Source: Smithellaceae bacterium (GTDB lineage Bacteria; Desulfobacterota; Syntrophia; Syntrophales; Smithellaceae). From it: DNA of 64,000 nucleotides. Numbering within the stretch: the stretch's first letter is position 1; each line of letters begins with the position of its first letter. Below, one piece after another: positions 50,365 to 60,780 of the stretch. The translations under genes and the position numbers were made by a program. The stretch is from positions 384,001-448,000 of the forward strand of contig CAXXVL010000001.1 of NCBI GenBank assembly GCA_963667845.2, written 5' to 3'. Below the pieces are notes generated by a model, which saw only the letters and a program-made list of their open reading frames with translations, ran no database searches and was not told the DNA's origin.

Positions 50365-50497
50365 GACATGGTTTCACATCACTGATAGAATCAATTGTTT
50401 GGTTTGGGCCACCGCTGTAAATGCGTGTCGGGTCTCAAGATCGACACCCAAAAAAGATAACAATGCTGTCTGTTCATTCTTACGGAGGAGAAAAGCC

Positions 50498-51751
50498 ATG
50501 AAAAAATTATTTGCATTATTAGTGCTGATAATTGCGGCATCTTCTTTTACAGCATGCACCAATTCAGGTCCCATTTCCAGTACGAAGACCATAACCGCAT
50601 TTTCATTTAACAATCCATCCGCATCGGGGGATGATCGATGAGGCTTCGAAAAGCATCGTCGTCGTGCTCCCCTTCGGAACCGACGTAACGTCTCTCGTTG
50701 CCGTTTTCACCACAACGGGATCAGTCGTTCAAGCTGCGGGTGCGTTTCAAATAAGTGGGACTACACCAAATGATTTTACCAATCCGGTCGTCTACACAGT
50801 CTATGCGGCAGACGGCACAAGTGCGGCTTACACGGTCACGATTTCATTCGGGACGCATATTTTTCTCCGCAGCGATGCCGGAGATTTTATCGGCCAGGGG
50901 AAGGATTATGATTATTTTCCGGGCAATGCACAGATCAGCGTTAACGCTTCGGGAGCCCTTCTCACAGTCAATATCCGGGGAGACGAGCAATGGTGGTCTG
51001 ATTTCAAAGTCCCCGACAATATGAGTCAGCTTCAGACCGGTACCTACGCCGGTCTCAAGCGTTACCCGTTCCATGATCCTGTTCAAGGGGGACTCAATTG
51101 GTCCGGCGAGGGTCGAGGCTGCAATGTTCTCTCCGGCTGGTTTGCGATAGACGAGGTTATGTATGAAAATGGAATTCTGAAGGCCATTGCACTTCGTTTT
51201 GAGCAGCATTGCGAAGGAGGAACCCCTGCTCTTCACGGCCGCATTTCCTGGACATCAGACGACAAGACGGTTCCCAGGGGTCCCGTCTATCCCATGCCGG
51301 CCGGACTGTGGCAACCTGCAATGGGATCGACCCCGGTGCCGGCAATTACATTTATCTGCAGAGCGATCTTCAAGATTATATCGGACAGGGCCAAACATAT
51401 ATTTACACTCCGAACGACGCCCAGATCACCGTCGGCTCCGCAGACGGCCATTTATCCGTGCATGTGAACGGTGCAGATTGGTGGAATGGCGATTTCCAGA
51501 CCATGAGTTCGCTGAACCGTTTTCAGGCCGGATATTACGGTAGCCTGATGCGCTATCCTTTTCACAATCCCGCCCGGGGTGGGCTCAGCTGGTCCGGCGA
51601 GGGTCGGGGTTGCAATAGGTTGAGCGGCTGGTTTGCCGTCGATGATGTTGTGTATAATAATGGAATTCTCGAAGCCATCGACCTGCGTTTCGAACAACAC
51701 TGCGAAGGCTCAGCTCCTGCTCTTCACGGTAAAATTCACTGGGCACCGTGA
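50498..51751 (+). pseudogene. Lipoprotein (DUF5018-like Ig domain + two tandem copies of an unknown domain) split by two homopolymer frameshifts
   Basis: GGAGG RBS, lipobox FTAC, KTITAFSF; +1 in G5 near 50626-50630 and -1 in C4 near 51332-51335; duplicated SDxxDxIGQG...RYPFH...WSGEGRGCN.LSGWF...RFEQHCEG..PALHG.I.W. Confidence 0.8.
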
Positions 51752-52100
51752 AAGAAAGGAGGAAACAAGTAAGCAGAGGGATGTAACAAACTTTCTAACT
51801 TTCTCATGTATGAGCTCAGGGTCAGGTCTTGAAACGTCAGTCTTTTGGTGATTGATTGATCAGCAAATACTTCGCAAAATAATATTGCTGCGAAAGAACC
51901 GCCTTTCATTTTTTACGGGATGAATCGGGTCAAGTCTTTAATCTTGACATTACATCGCAACATTACCATTGTCATCGACGAAACATTCGAATAAACCGCA
52001 GTTGCACCGGCGTGCAACTGCCTCCGCTCTAAAATCCTGGATTCCGGCCTCCGTAACCTGAAGGTCACAAGACCGGAATGACGAGTACTCATTGTTCCCT

Positions 52101-54659
52101 TCACCCGTTCCGGCCTTTTGTCTTTCTTGTCGGGACGGCGTTCCAGGGGTCGTCGGGCCAGGGGTGCTTCGGGTAGCGGCCTTTCAGCTCTTTTTTCACT
52201 TGAGGGTAGACGGTGTTCCAGAATTGGCTCAGGTCCCGGGTGATCTGAACGGGCCTGCGGGCGGGCGAGAGAAGTTGGAGAAGCAATTTGACCCGGCCGG
52301 AGGCGATGGCCGGGGTGTCGGCGAGCCCGAACATCTCCTGGAGCTTGACGGCCAGGACCGGGATTTCTCCGGAAGCATAATCAATTGCGATGTTGGAGCC
52401 GCTGGGTACGGCGATGGTGACGGGGGCGCGCTCGGCAAGAAGGCGCCGCTGCTCCCACGTGAGTTTCCCGGTGAGCGCGGGCCCGATGCTCAGGGCGGCA
52501 AGCTGAGCTTCGCTGCGGACGCCGGAGAGCCAGGGCAAAAGCCAGTCTTGGGGCGCCGCAATAAGCGTTTCTTCTGACAGGTCCGGCCAGTCTTCTTCGG
52601 GGAAGGTTTCTTTCATCAGCCGCACGCGGGCCTGAAACGTCCGGGCCTCCCGGCTGAAAGTGATCTTGACCGCCTTGGACCGGATAGCTTCGCAGAGGAG
52701 CAAAACGACTTCCTCCTCCTGCGGCTTTACCGGTCTGGCCGAAAGGATAATCGTCCCCACACGTTCTTCAAGGGTAGCGACAATACGACCTTCCAGTTTA
52801 TCCCAAACGACGCGCCGCCGGGTTTCGATTTGTTCACCCAATGCCTCACGGATGAGCTCCTCCGTCAGAGGTTCGGCCATATGCACCGTGCCTTCCGCCT
52901 TTTCGCCCTTATCCACCACGGGAGCAATGATGTAAGGGCTTCCGGCCGCGAGAATCTTTGCGGAGAGCCTGACCCCTCGGCCCTGCCGCAAGACATAACG
53001 GCTGCCGTCGTCTTCGCGCCGCTTCGCGATGCGGTCGGGAAAGGCGACCAAAAGCAGCCGCGGGATCATGCGGCTTGCTGCATCGCCTGCGGCTTCGCGA
53101 GTTTTGCCCATCAGACGCCGGAGCTGCTGTGATGTCGTATCCACCGCACGCAATGCCCACGGGTCGGCCTTGCCGGAGGGTCTCTTGTCGAGCCGCCATT
53201 GCCGCAGAAGCCCGAGACGATCGCTGAGATCGAACCCGCCTGCCGGTTGCGCGGATGCGGACCGATGTCGGATGATGTCCCGCTCGGACAGGAGCGCCGC
53301 CAGATCCGCACCCAGTGACGGGCAGTGAAGCTCGGCCGCTTTTAAAAGCAGGCGACCGAGGCGCGGATGAAGCGGCAGGCGCGCCATGGAAACACCAACA
53401 GGCGTAATCGAACCTTTGGTATCCAGCGCGCCCAATTCTTTTAGCAGTTCCTGAGCGGCACGCCAGGCAGCATTCGGCGGGGGATCGAGCCAGGAAAGCG
53501 AGCCCGGGTCTTTCACACCCCAGGCAGCCAGATCCAGGACCAGCGACGATAGATCGGAAATGGCGATTTCCGGCGGGGCAAAGGGAATCAGCGATTGGAA
53601 TGTATGAGCGCTGTAGAGCCGATAGCAAACGCCGGGGTACTGGCGGCCCGCACGGCCCTGGCGCTGCCTCGCTGCGGCCTGTGAAACGGTAACAGTGATC
53701 AGGCGGTTCATGCCTGTTCCCGGATCGTACTCCCGCCTCCGGGTCAGTCCGCTGTCAATCACGACACGGACGCCGTGAATGGTCAGGCTGGTCTCCGCGA
53801 TGTTCGTGGCGAGGACAATCTTTCGGGCAGCCGAAGGAAGAATCGCCCGTTCCTGCTCTTCAAAGGGCAAATCGCCGTATAGGGGATGGAGCGATATATC
53901 TCCCATTGTCCGGTCAGGAAGCGCTTCGGCAAGGGCATCGCTTACGGCGCGGATTTCGCCGGCCCCCGGCAGAAAGACGAGGATGTCGCCTTCCGTCTCG
54001 CCGAGTGCCCTTTGGACAACATCGGTCATGCGCGCCGTAATGTTTTTATCCGGGTTGTCGCCGCAGTAGCGTTCCTCCACCGGGTAGGCTTTGCCTAGCG
54101 ATGAAATGACGGCTGCCCCGTCCAGAAGGGCGCCGACCGGCCCGCCGTCGAGGGTGGCGGACATCATGAGGATCTTCAGATCTTCCCGCAGGCCGCTGCG
54201 GATATCGAGGCAAAGAGCAAGCGCCAGGTCCGCCTGAAGGCTCCGTTCATGGAATTCGTCAAAAATAACCATGGCGACGCCGGCAAGATCAGGATTGGCC
54301 AGGATGCGCCGCGTCAGAATCCCCTCCGTCATCACTTCAATGCGGGTGCCGGGCGAGACCCGGGAGTCAAACCGGATGGAATACCCCAGTGTCTGGCCGA
54401 TCTCCTCGCCCAGGGTTTTCGCCATCCACCGCGCAGCGGAGACCGCGGCAATCCTCCGGGGCTCCAGCATGAGGATGCGTCCTTTTTCAGGTTCGATGAC
54501 ATCGAGGAGCGCGAGAGGAACGCGAGTCGTCTTGCCGGAACCGGGCGGGGCCTGAAGGACAACGGAGGAATGCTCACGGATGGCCGCGCGCAGCTCCGGG
54601 AGAATGTGATCGATGGGGTAGGACGTCAAAATTGGCCCGCTCTTGATATTATTCGGCAT
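52101..54659 (-). CDS. hrpB: ATP-dependent helicase HrpB
   Basis: APPGSGKTTRVP, LEPRRIAA, DEFHERS, MSATL, ATNIAETSLTI, QRQGRAGR, ELKGRYPKHPWP. Confidence 0.97.
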   Translation of the reverse strand: MPNNIKSGPILTSYPIDHILPELRAAIREHSSVVLQAPPGSGKTTRVPLALLDVIEPEKGRILMLEPRRIAAVSAARWMAKTLGEEIGQTLGYSIRFDSRVSPGTRIEVMTEGILTRRILANPDLAGVAMVIFDEFHERSLQADLALALCLDIRSGLREDLKILMMSATLDGGPVGALLDGAAVISSLGKAYPVEERYCGDNPDKNITARMTDVVQRALGETEGDILVFLPGAGEIRAVSDALAEALPDRTMGDISLHPLYGDLPFEEQERAILPSAARKIVLATNIAETSLTIHGVRVVIDSGLTRRREYDPGTGMNRLITVTVSQAAARQRQGRAGRQYPGVCYRLYSAHTFQSLIPFAPPEIAISDLSSLVLDLAAWGVKDPGSLSWLDPPPNAAWRAAQELLKELGALDTKGSITPVGVSMARLPLHPRLGRLLLKAAELHCPSLGADLAALLSERDIIRHRSASAQPAGGFDLSDRLGLLRQWRLDKRPSGKADPWALRAVDTTSQQLRRLMGKTREAAGDAASRMIPRLLLVAFPDRIAKRREDDGSRYVLRQGRGVRLSAKILAAGSPYIIAPVVDKGEKAEGTVHMAEPLTEELIREALGEQIETRRRVVWDKLEGRIVATLEERVGTIILSARPVKPQEEEVVLLLCEAIRSKAVKITFSREARTFQARVRLMKETFPEEDWPDLSEETLIAAPQDWLLPWLSGVRSEAQLAALSIGPALTGKLTWEQRRLLAERAPVTIAVPSGSNIAIDYASGEIPVLAVKLQEMFGLADTPAIASGRVKLLLQLLSPARRPVQITRDLSQFWNTVYPQVKKELKGRYPKHPWPDDPWNAVPTRKTKGRNG

Positions 54660-54740
54660 GCCGGAAGTATAGAAGGGGCAGCCGTCCGTGTCAACAGGAT
54701 CATGATTCAGGTGCCGGGGGCAGCCAGCCGCAAAATCCCG

Positions 54741-54768
54741 TTGACAATGCCTTGAAATCTCCTAGAAT
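54741..54768 (+). promoter_or_regulatory. Sigma70-type promoter upstream of the TRL gene
   Basis: TTGACA-16-TAGAAT. Confidence 0.55.
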
Positions 54769-54806
54769 GAAACAACAGGGAATGGTTGGGGACGATTCTA
54801 TTTTAA

Positions 54807-54864
54807 ATGCCGCTCACGCGGGACGAGCGTCAATTCTCCGTAACTTGCTGCGAGGTGATTGATT
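54807..54864 (+). repeat. Dispersed palindromic element, copy 2 (internally deleted)
   Basis: CCGCTCACGCGGGACGAGCGTCAATTCTCCG...CTTGCTGCGAGGTGATTGATT. Confidence 0.8.
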
Positions 54865-54997
54865 CTGCCGGCAGGCGTATAAGAGAGGATTGTTTCCTTT
54901 GCGGCAAAGAATGTGCAGGGGGTCTTGAGGGTTTTTCCGGAAAGACCATACAGCAAGAAAATCGGGTATGGGCAGTTTAATCTGCCGGGAGGTGGTC

Positions 54998-55309
54998 ATG
55001 AAAAAATTGCGGTTCGTTTTAGCTCTGGGCTTAGCGGTTGGGCTCGCGGGATGTGCCATGCTGGTTCCCATGGGCAGCGTGTATACGGGCGTGAAATTAC
55101 CCATGATGGCAACGGGCAACAGTAGCGCGTCGACCAAGACAGGAGAGGCAACATGCGTAAGCGTGCTGGCTGTGGTTGCCGTGGGCGACTGCAGCATCGA
55201 AGCTGCCATGAAAAACGGCGGCATCACGAAAGTGAACCATGTTGATTGGGATGTCCGAAACATTCTGGGAATCTACGGAACCTACAAAGTGATCGTTTCC
55301 GGTGAATAG
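54998..55309 (+). CDS. TRL-like family lipoprotein
   Basis: Lipobox LAGC; KTGEATCVSVLAVVAVGDCSIEAAMKNGGITKVNHVD. Confidence 0.85.
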   Translation: MKKLRFVLALGLAVGLAGCAMLVPMGSVYTGVKLPMMATGNSSASTKTGEATCVSVLAVVAVGDCSIEAAMKNGGITKVNHVDWDVRNILGIYGTYKVIVSGE

Positions 55310-55401
55310 CCGGTCCCGATCGGAACGATAAAACCTAAATCACGGCACACGGATTCCAGGACGGGGTGCGATGCGTCATTAATAACTGCGGAGGCGGAGA
55401 T

Positions 55402-56904
55402 ATGAACATTTCGGAACTTCTTACTAACAGCGTCGCACAGGGAGAACAGGTCAGCATTATTTACGAAGGCCAGGAGTTAACCAACGTACAGATTGACCGG
55501 GCCGCAAAAAAACTGGGGAATGCGCTTTTGAAGCTGGGCGTGAAACGCGGCGACCGGGTCATCATGCAGATGCCTAACTGTCCGGAGATCTTCCAGGCCT
55601 TTCAGGCCATCTGGAAGATCGGCGCGGTGAGCGTCCCCATTAATTATCAGGTGGGGGTGGAGGAGACCAGCTACATCTATCAGGATTCGGAAGCCTCAAC
55701 GGTCATCACATCTCCGGAATATCTGGAAAAGGTCCGCGAGGCAAAAGTCAATGCCCCGTCGATCAAAAACATCATTGTTGTCTCGGATCAAGCCTTCGCC
55801 GGCACTTACTCATATGCCGGGCTCCTGGCGGAGAGTTCCGACCAGCTGGACATGGTGAAGACGGACGACGATGAACTGGCCGCCCTGGTTTATACATCAG
55901 GCACCACGGGCAAGCCGAAAGGCGCGATGCACACCCATTACGGGCTTTACTACTCGGTGGTCCACATTCAGAAAACCACCCACTACCCCGTGGACATGAT
56001 CAGCGTGGCCGTGCTTCCGCTCTGTCATTCCTACGGCATTGCCTGCATGAACGGGCAATTTCTGCGCACCAAGAGCAAGACGGTTGTCCTGCGCCAGTTT
56101 AACCTGGAAAAATTATTTTCCGCCATCGACAAGTACAAGGTCCAGTACCTGCCCGCTGTGCCCACCATGTATGTCTACATGCTGCAATACCCCGACTACA
56201 AGAGATACGATATCAGCTCCATCCGGTATTTCATCTGCGGTTCGGCGCCGCTGTCCATCGAGGTCTGGAAACAATTCAAGGAAAAATTCGGCGGGGAAAT
56301 ATGCGAAGGCTGGGGCCTGACGGAAGCCGCCGCCAATAACTCAGTCAATCCCGTGGACGGCCTGAAAAAAGTCGGATCGATCGGCCTTCCCATGGTGGGC
56401 ATGGAAATAAAAATCTTCGACAACGACGGCCGCGAGGTGCCCCGGGGACAGGAAGGCGAAATCGTCATCCGCGGGCCGATGGTGATGAAGGGCTACTGGC
56501 GCCAGCCCGAAGCCACAACGGAAATGATTCGCAACGGTTGGCTGCATACGGGCGATATCGGGTATGTGGACGCCGACGGCTACTTCTTCATCACCGACCG
56601 GAAGAAGGATATTATCATCAAGGGCGGAGAAAACATTTCGCCGCGGGCGATCGAGGAGGTCCTCTATGCCCACCCCGCCGTGGCCGAGGCCGCGGTGATC
56701 GGCATGAAAGATCCTGTGTACGGCGAAGAGGTCAAGGCGTTCGTGGCGTTGAAACCCGGGCAGAAGGCGACAGCGGATGAAATCAAGGAATTCTGCGGCC
56801 AGAAGCTGAAGCGGTTTTTTGTTCCCAAAGAGGTGGCCGTCCTTCCGGCACTGCCCAAATCGCTGGTCGGCAAAATCCTTAAAAAGGAACTGCGCAAATT
56901 GTGA
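55402..56904 (+). CDS. Long-chain fatty acid-CoA ligase (FadD-like)
   Basis: YTSGTTGKPKG, GWGLTE, TGDIG, DRKKDIIIKGGENI, LPKSLVGKILK. Confidence 0.93.
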   Translation: MNISELLTNSVAQGEQVSIIYEGQELTNVQIDRAAKKLGNALLKLGVKRGDRVIMQMPNCPEIFQAFQAIWKIGAVSVPINYQVGVEETSYIYQDSEASTVITSPEYLEKVREAKVNAPSIKNIIVVSDQAFAGTYSYAGLLAESSDQLDMVKTDDDELAALVYTSGTTGKPKGAMHTHYGLYYSVVHIQKTTHYPVDMISVAVLPLCHSYGIACMNGQFLRTKSKTVVLRQFNLEKLFSAIDKYKVQYLPAVPTMYVYMLQYPDYKRYDISSIRYFICGSAPLSIEVWKQFKEKFGGEICEGWGLTEAAANNSVNPVDGLKKVGSIGLPMVGMEIKIFDNDGREVPRGQEGEIVIRGPMVMKGYWRQPEATTEMIRNGWLHTGDIGYVDADGYFFITDRKKDIIIKGGENISPRAIEEVLYAHPAVAEAAVIGMKDPVYGEEVKAFVALKPGQKATADEIKEFCGQKLKRFFVPKEVAVLPALPKSLVGKILKKELRKL

Positions 56905-57085
56905 GGAAAAAAAATCGCCCTTAGAATTGTAAGTCGACATGGCGGTTTGCGCCGATTTACAGGCTCGTGGCGTGTCTTTCACTCTAATGTTTTGCGCCTT
57001 TCATGCCGACAGAGACGGTGGCGCTTCAATGCAAAATTGACTCAAATTTTTTTGTCGCTATCGCTTTGGTCAAGAGGAGAAGATC

Positions 57086-58336
57086 ATGGAATTGCTCATC
57101 GAATGTGTTGTCAAGTTGGTTACATATATTATTGCGGCAGCAATTGTTGCCGGTATTCTTAGATATTTTTTCGGGAAAACGCTGGTCGTCAAATTATTTA
57201 TCATGCTGGTGCCCGGGATCATCCTGGTCATCCTGGCGGGATACATTGCCGGCCGGATGGTGGGCACCGACGCCCTATGGCCAAAATTTATTGTCGTGGC
57301 TGGAATGCTGGTGATGGTCGTCAACTTCGTTGTCGTGGGGAAAAGGTTGATTGCGCAAATCCAGCAGATTGCCGACGAGATCCATGAATCGACCATTGAA
57401 ATCAATGTCGCGGCAACCCGTGTGTCCGGTGCGACGTTGTCTTTGGCGGAAGCGGCATCCTCGCAGGCGTCGGCCATCGAGGAGACGTCTTCATCGCTGG
57501 AAGAGATGTCCGCAATGACAAAAGGAAATGCCGATAACGCCAACCAGGCCGATGGTCTTATGAAACAGACCAATCAAATCATTAACAAGGCCAACACCTC
57601 CATGGACGAGCTGACACGGTCGATGGGAGAAATATCCGGAGCCAGTTTGCAGACATCCAAGATCATCAAGACCATAGACGAGATTGCTTTTCAAACCAAT
57701 CTGCTGGCTTTGAATGCCGCCGTGGAAGCGGCGCGGGCAGGAGAGGCCGGCGCCGGTTTTGCCGTGGTTGCAGATGAGGTTCGGAATCTTGCGATGCGGT
57801 CGGCCGAGGCCGCGAAAAACACATCAGGCCTGATAGAGGGTACGGTAAAAAAGATAAAGGATGGCTCTGATCTGGTCGTCAAGACAAGCGAAGCATTCGC
57901 CGAGGTGGCAGTCAGTATCTCCAAGGTAGGTGAACTGGTCAGTGAGATTTCCGCCGCATCCCGGGAGCAGTCCCAGGGGATCCATCAGATCGACAAGGCT
58001 GTCGCCGATCTTGACAGGGTCACCCAGGAGAATGCCGCGACGGCTGAAGGGTCCGCCAGCTCCGCCGAGGAGTTGACCGCTCAATCGACGCAGATGAAAG
58101 GGATTGTCAGACGACTGGTCATGATTATCCAGGGCCAGGCCGAGGAGACGAAGGAATTTTCATCACTGTCCCGGACGCGGGTGCCGCCGCGGGCCGCCGC
58201 CGCCATAGCCCCCAGGGCTTCCGTTAAAATCTTACCCGCCGTTACAAAAAAGAAAACGCCCGGCCCGGTTTTGCCCCGTAAAAAGCGATCGGAAGAGATT
58301 ATTCCCTTTGAGCAAGATGAGTTCAGGGATTTCTAG
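57086..58336 (+). CDS. Methyl-accepting chemotaxis protein
   Basis: [40 protein letters not shown]; three TM segments; C-terminal EFRDF. Confidence 0.95.
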   Translation: MELLIECVVKLVTYIIAAAIVAGILRYFFGKTLVVKLFIMLVPGIILVILAGYIAGRMVGTDALWPKFIVVAGMLVMVVNFVVVGKRLIAQIQQIADEIHESTIEINVAATRVSGATLSLAEAASSQASAIEETSSSLEEMSAMTKGNADNANQADGLMKQTNQIINKANTSMDELTRSMGEISGASLQTSKIIKTIDEIAFQTNLLALNAAVEAARAGEAGAGFAVVADEVRNLAMRSAEAAKNTSGLIEGTVKKIKDGSDLVVKTSEAFAEVAVSISKVGELVSEISAASREQSQGIHQIDKAVADLDRVTQENAATAEGSASSAEELTAQSTQMKGIVRRLVMIIQGQAEETKEFSSLSRTRVPPRAAAAIAPRASVKILPAVTKKKTPGPVLPRKKRSEEIIPFEQDEFRDF

Positions 58337-58374
58337 TCCATCGGAAACGAAAGAGAATTCCTGGCGAATAAGTT

Positions 58375-58470
58375 TTAATCAACCACCTCGCGGGAAGCTC
58401 GCGAGGTAGGAAATGAATGCCATTATTTCGCAGCAAGCTGCGGAGAACGCTCGTCCCGCGTGAGCGGGAT
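58375..58470 (-). repeat. Dispersed palindromic element, copy 3
   Basis: Reverse complement aligns end to end with 24215-24314. Confidence 0.85.
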
Positions 58471-59012
58471 TAAGTCCAGGTGAGACGCATTGACGTCTCG
58501 GGATGTCCTTCCCAGCTTTTGGTTAAGAACGTGAATTTAATATTTTTTGCTCCGCATAATTCCAGCCCTTGTTCCAACCATCCCTGAATAAAGTAATGGA
58601 GCGGGATGCACCGTGTGTTGAAGTCTATCAATTTGAATAGAACCTGGTTCGTTCCCTCCACAGTGGCTTCCACCCTTCCCAAATCGTAGAAGCGCTTGTG
58701 AACCATCCCGTATGTATTGACAAACTTAATCGGATCCTGCCCGTCTACAAAAGAGGCATAAATACCGGTCATGGCAGTTTTGCATTCTTCCCGGCCCCAA
58801 CTTTTGGCGACATCGGGGTTACTTTTTGCCGTAACTTCAAAAACGGCGGTGATGCAATTTTCATAGGTTTCAAAGGGATACCAACCGCCGGGCAAAATCT
58901 TGTTGCCGAGCAGCGCGCGGTCTTTATCTGTCAGATATTTATTGAAAGCACCGCTCTTGTCATGTTTGATCGCCTTTACCAGACTAATAAAAATAGAGCC
59001 TTTTACATTCAT
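58470..59012 (-). CDS. Hypothetical protein, DUF2378-like
   Basis: N-terminal VKG, ILPGGWYP, GWLEQGLELCG, terminal LTW. Confidence 0.6.
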   Translation of the reverse strand: MNVKGSIFISLVKAIKHDKSGAFNKYLTDKDRALLGNKILPGGWYPFETYENCITAVFEVTAKSNPDVAKSWGREECKTAMTGIYASFVDGQDPIKFVNTYGMVHKRFYDLGRVEATVEGTNQVLFKLIDFNTRCIPLHYFIQGWLEQGLELCGAKNIKFTFLTKSWEGHPETSMRLTWT

Positions 59013-59259
59013 GATCTGTACTCCCGAAGTTTATTATTTGAGGCTGTCTGCATCAGGTTTCCGGATACGCTTTCTTCTTAAACATAAAATGTTAGATGCT
59101 CGATAATATATTAGAATGATCTTTAAATCAAGAATAAGGAGCTCGATATTATTGACGATTAAATTTTACAGCGAGGGGTGAGGACGGCTTCAACATATTT
59201 AAGTATCAGTGAGCGGGTGCTGCCCTCGTGATTTTCGGCCCGCCCTTCTCCTTCCCGGT

Positions 59260-60780
59260 CTATGGACTTAAACTCAATTCAGTCAGGTAGCCCCCGTGGG
59301 AGAGATAATAGATCACGCCGTCAAAACCGGGTGTGATGGGAAGCCCTGCGCCCTGAGGGATGGCGGGGCTTCTGGCCAGTTCTTTTCCCGTTTGGGCATC
59401 GCGCCAGACAACCCGGACGGTGGTGAGAGACGGAAAGTTACCGTCTTCAAGAACAAAAGTTCTGTTCTCCTTCGGGCCCTTGAGGGCGCTGAAGCTCAGC
59501 GACCGCTGTTTGACTTTCCAGGCCGCGGAAAAACCTTTTTCAGGATCAAAATTAACGGCTGCCAGACGGCCTTCCAGAAAGTCGCAGGTATAAATCCGCT
59601 TGTTCGCCACATCGACGGTCGGAAGGCTCCATTGCAGAGAACCCGGCAATATCCGATCTCCGGCAAAAGGCTCTATACGAAATATTCTGGAGGCGTCCGC
59701 CTGGGAAACGGCGGTGAGCGATATTAAACCCGCGGCAATCTGAAAATTGGTCTGAACAACAACGTAATCTCCAAAAACAGCGGGCGCCGTCGCCGGCTTT
59801 TGCCCTTCCGGGCAGTAAGGGACTGGACCCCATCCCGCATCGAGGATCAGCGATTGACCGCGATACCGGTAGCGGAAGAGATTTTTGAATCCGGAGACGT
59901 AAATATATTCCTTTTGACGGTATAGGCCCGCTGTGATGCGCCCCAGTACCGGTTCCTTTACTTCTATGGACGAAACCCGCCTGAGGGCTACGGGCTCCAG
60001 CACGGAAATGGTTGAGGGCACGCTGTCGTCAAAATGAAACAGCAATGCGTTGATGGAATCGGCCCGGGACCCTTTTTTCCTGGTGAGGGACTTGACGATC
60101 AGGCTTCCGTCCGAAAGGATGCTGAAGCCGTTATAAGCGGTATCGCCGGACTCCCGTCCGGCAGGCGTCGGCAATTTTACTTTTTTGAGAATTTGACCTG
60201 ACTGCGGATCAAGCTTTGCCATCGTGTAGCCGTTCACAACATAGACAAAGCCGTTTGCGTGAATACCGATGGCCCCCGGATAATCCCAGTCTCCGTTTGT
60301 TTTAGCGTTATGGATCCGGGTTCGCCACAAAACTTTCAAGGTAAAGGCATCAAGCTTGGCGACATAGGGACCGGTTGCGCATTTTTCGCCGTCGGCTTCA
60401 CACTGATCGGTGGATTGTGTGCCTCCAAGGACGAAAAGCTCACCGCGATTTCTGGTGACGACGTTATAAATGCCGGGCAGCCCCCCGATGGTTCTGGCCT
60501 TAACGGTCATCGGGCCGGATGGGGCGATTTCATTCACGGTGCATGTGTCGGGGAAGGTATGGGTTCTATCCGAATCAAATGCTTCACAGGGCGCGACCGT
60601 GCGATACCACGCACCATCCGTCGGTCCAGGCTTGAGCGCTGAAGATCGGAGGCATCTGTCTGTTTGGTGCCATGCTTCTCCGGTATTGATGTTTTCGACG
60701 TTTCTGTTTACATCGTGGATGATATATAAGACCGGAACGGCAATGACGATTATCAATATAATGATTACGGCTCGTTTCAT
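59260..60780 (-). CDS. Secreted or membrane-anchored hypothetical protein, probable beta-propeller
   Basis: N-terminal hydrophobic segment; repeated blade-like motifs (AKLDAFTLKVLW, AKLDPQSGQIL, WRDAQTGKEL). Confidence 0.7.
   Translation of the reverse strand: MKRAVIIILIIVIAVPVLYIIHDVNRNVENINTGEAWHQTDRCLRSSALKPGPTDGAWYRTVAPCEAFDSDRTHTFPDTCTVNEIAPSGPMTVKARTIGGLPGIYNVVTRNRGELFVLGGTQSTDQCEADGEKCATGPYVAKLDAFTLKVLWRTRIHNAKTNGDWDYPGAIGIHANGFVYVVNGYTMAKLDPQSGQILKKVKLPTPAGRESGDTAYNGFSILSDGSLIVKSLTRKKGSRADSINALLFHFDDSVPSTISVLEPVALRRVSSIEVKEPVLGRITAGLYRQKEYIYVSGFKNLFRYRYRGQSLILDAGWGPVPYCPEGQKPATAPAVFGDYVVVQTNFQIAAGLISLTAVSQADASRIFRIEPFAGDRILPGSLQWSLPTVDVANKRIYTCDFLEGRLAAVNFDPEKGFSAAWKVKQRSLSFSALKGPKENRTFVLEDGNFPSLTTVRVVWRDAQTGKELARSPAIPQGAGLPITPGFDGVIYYLSHGGYLTELSLSP

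Noticed and set aside
54915..54937. GGGGGTCTTGAGGGTTTTT resembling the 3' half of the T7 terminator (vector contamination)
   Set aside because: The 5' arm and any other vector sequence are absent; short coincidental match.
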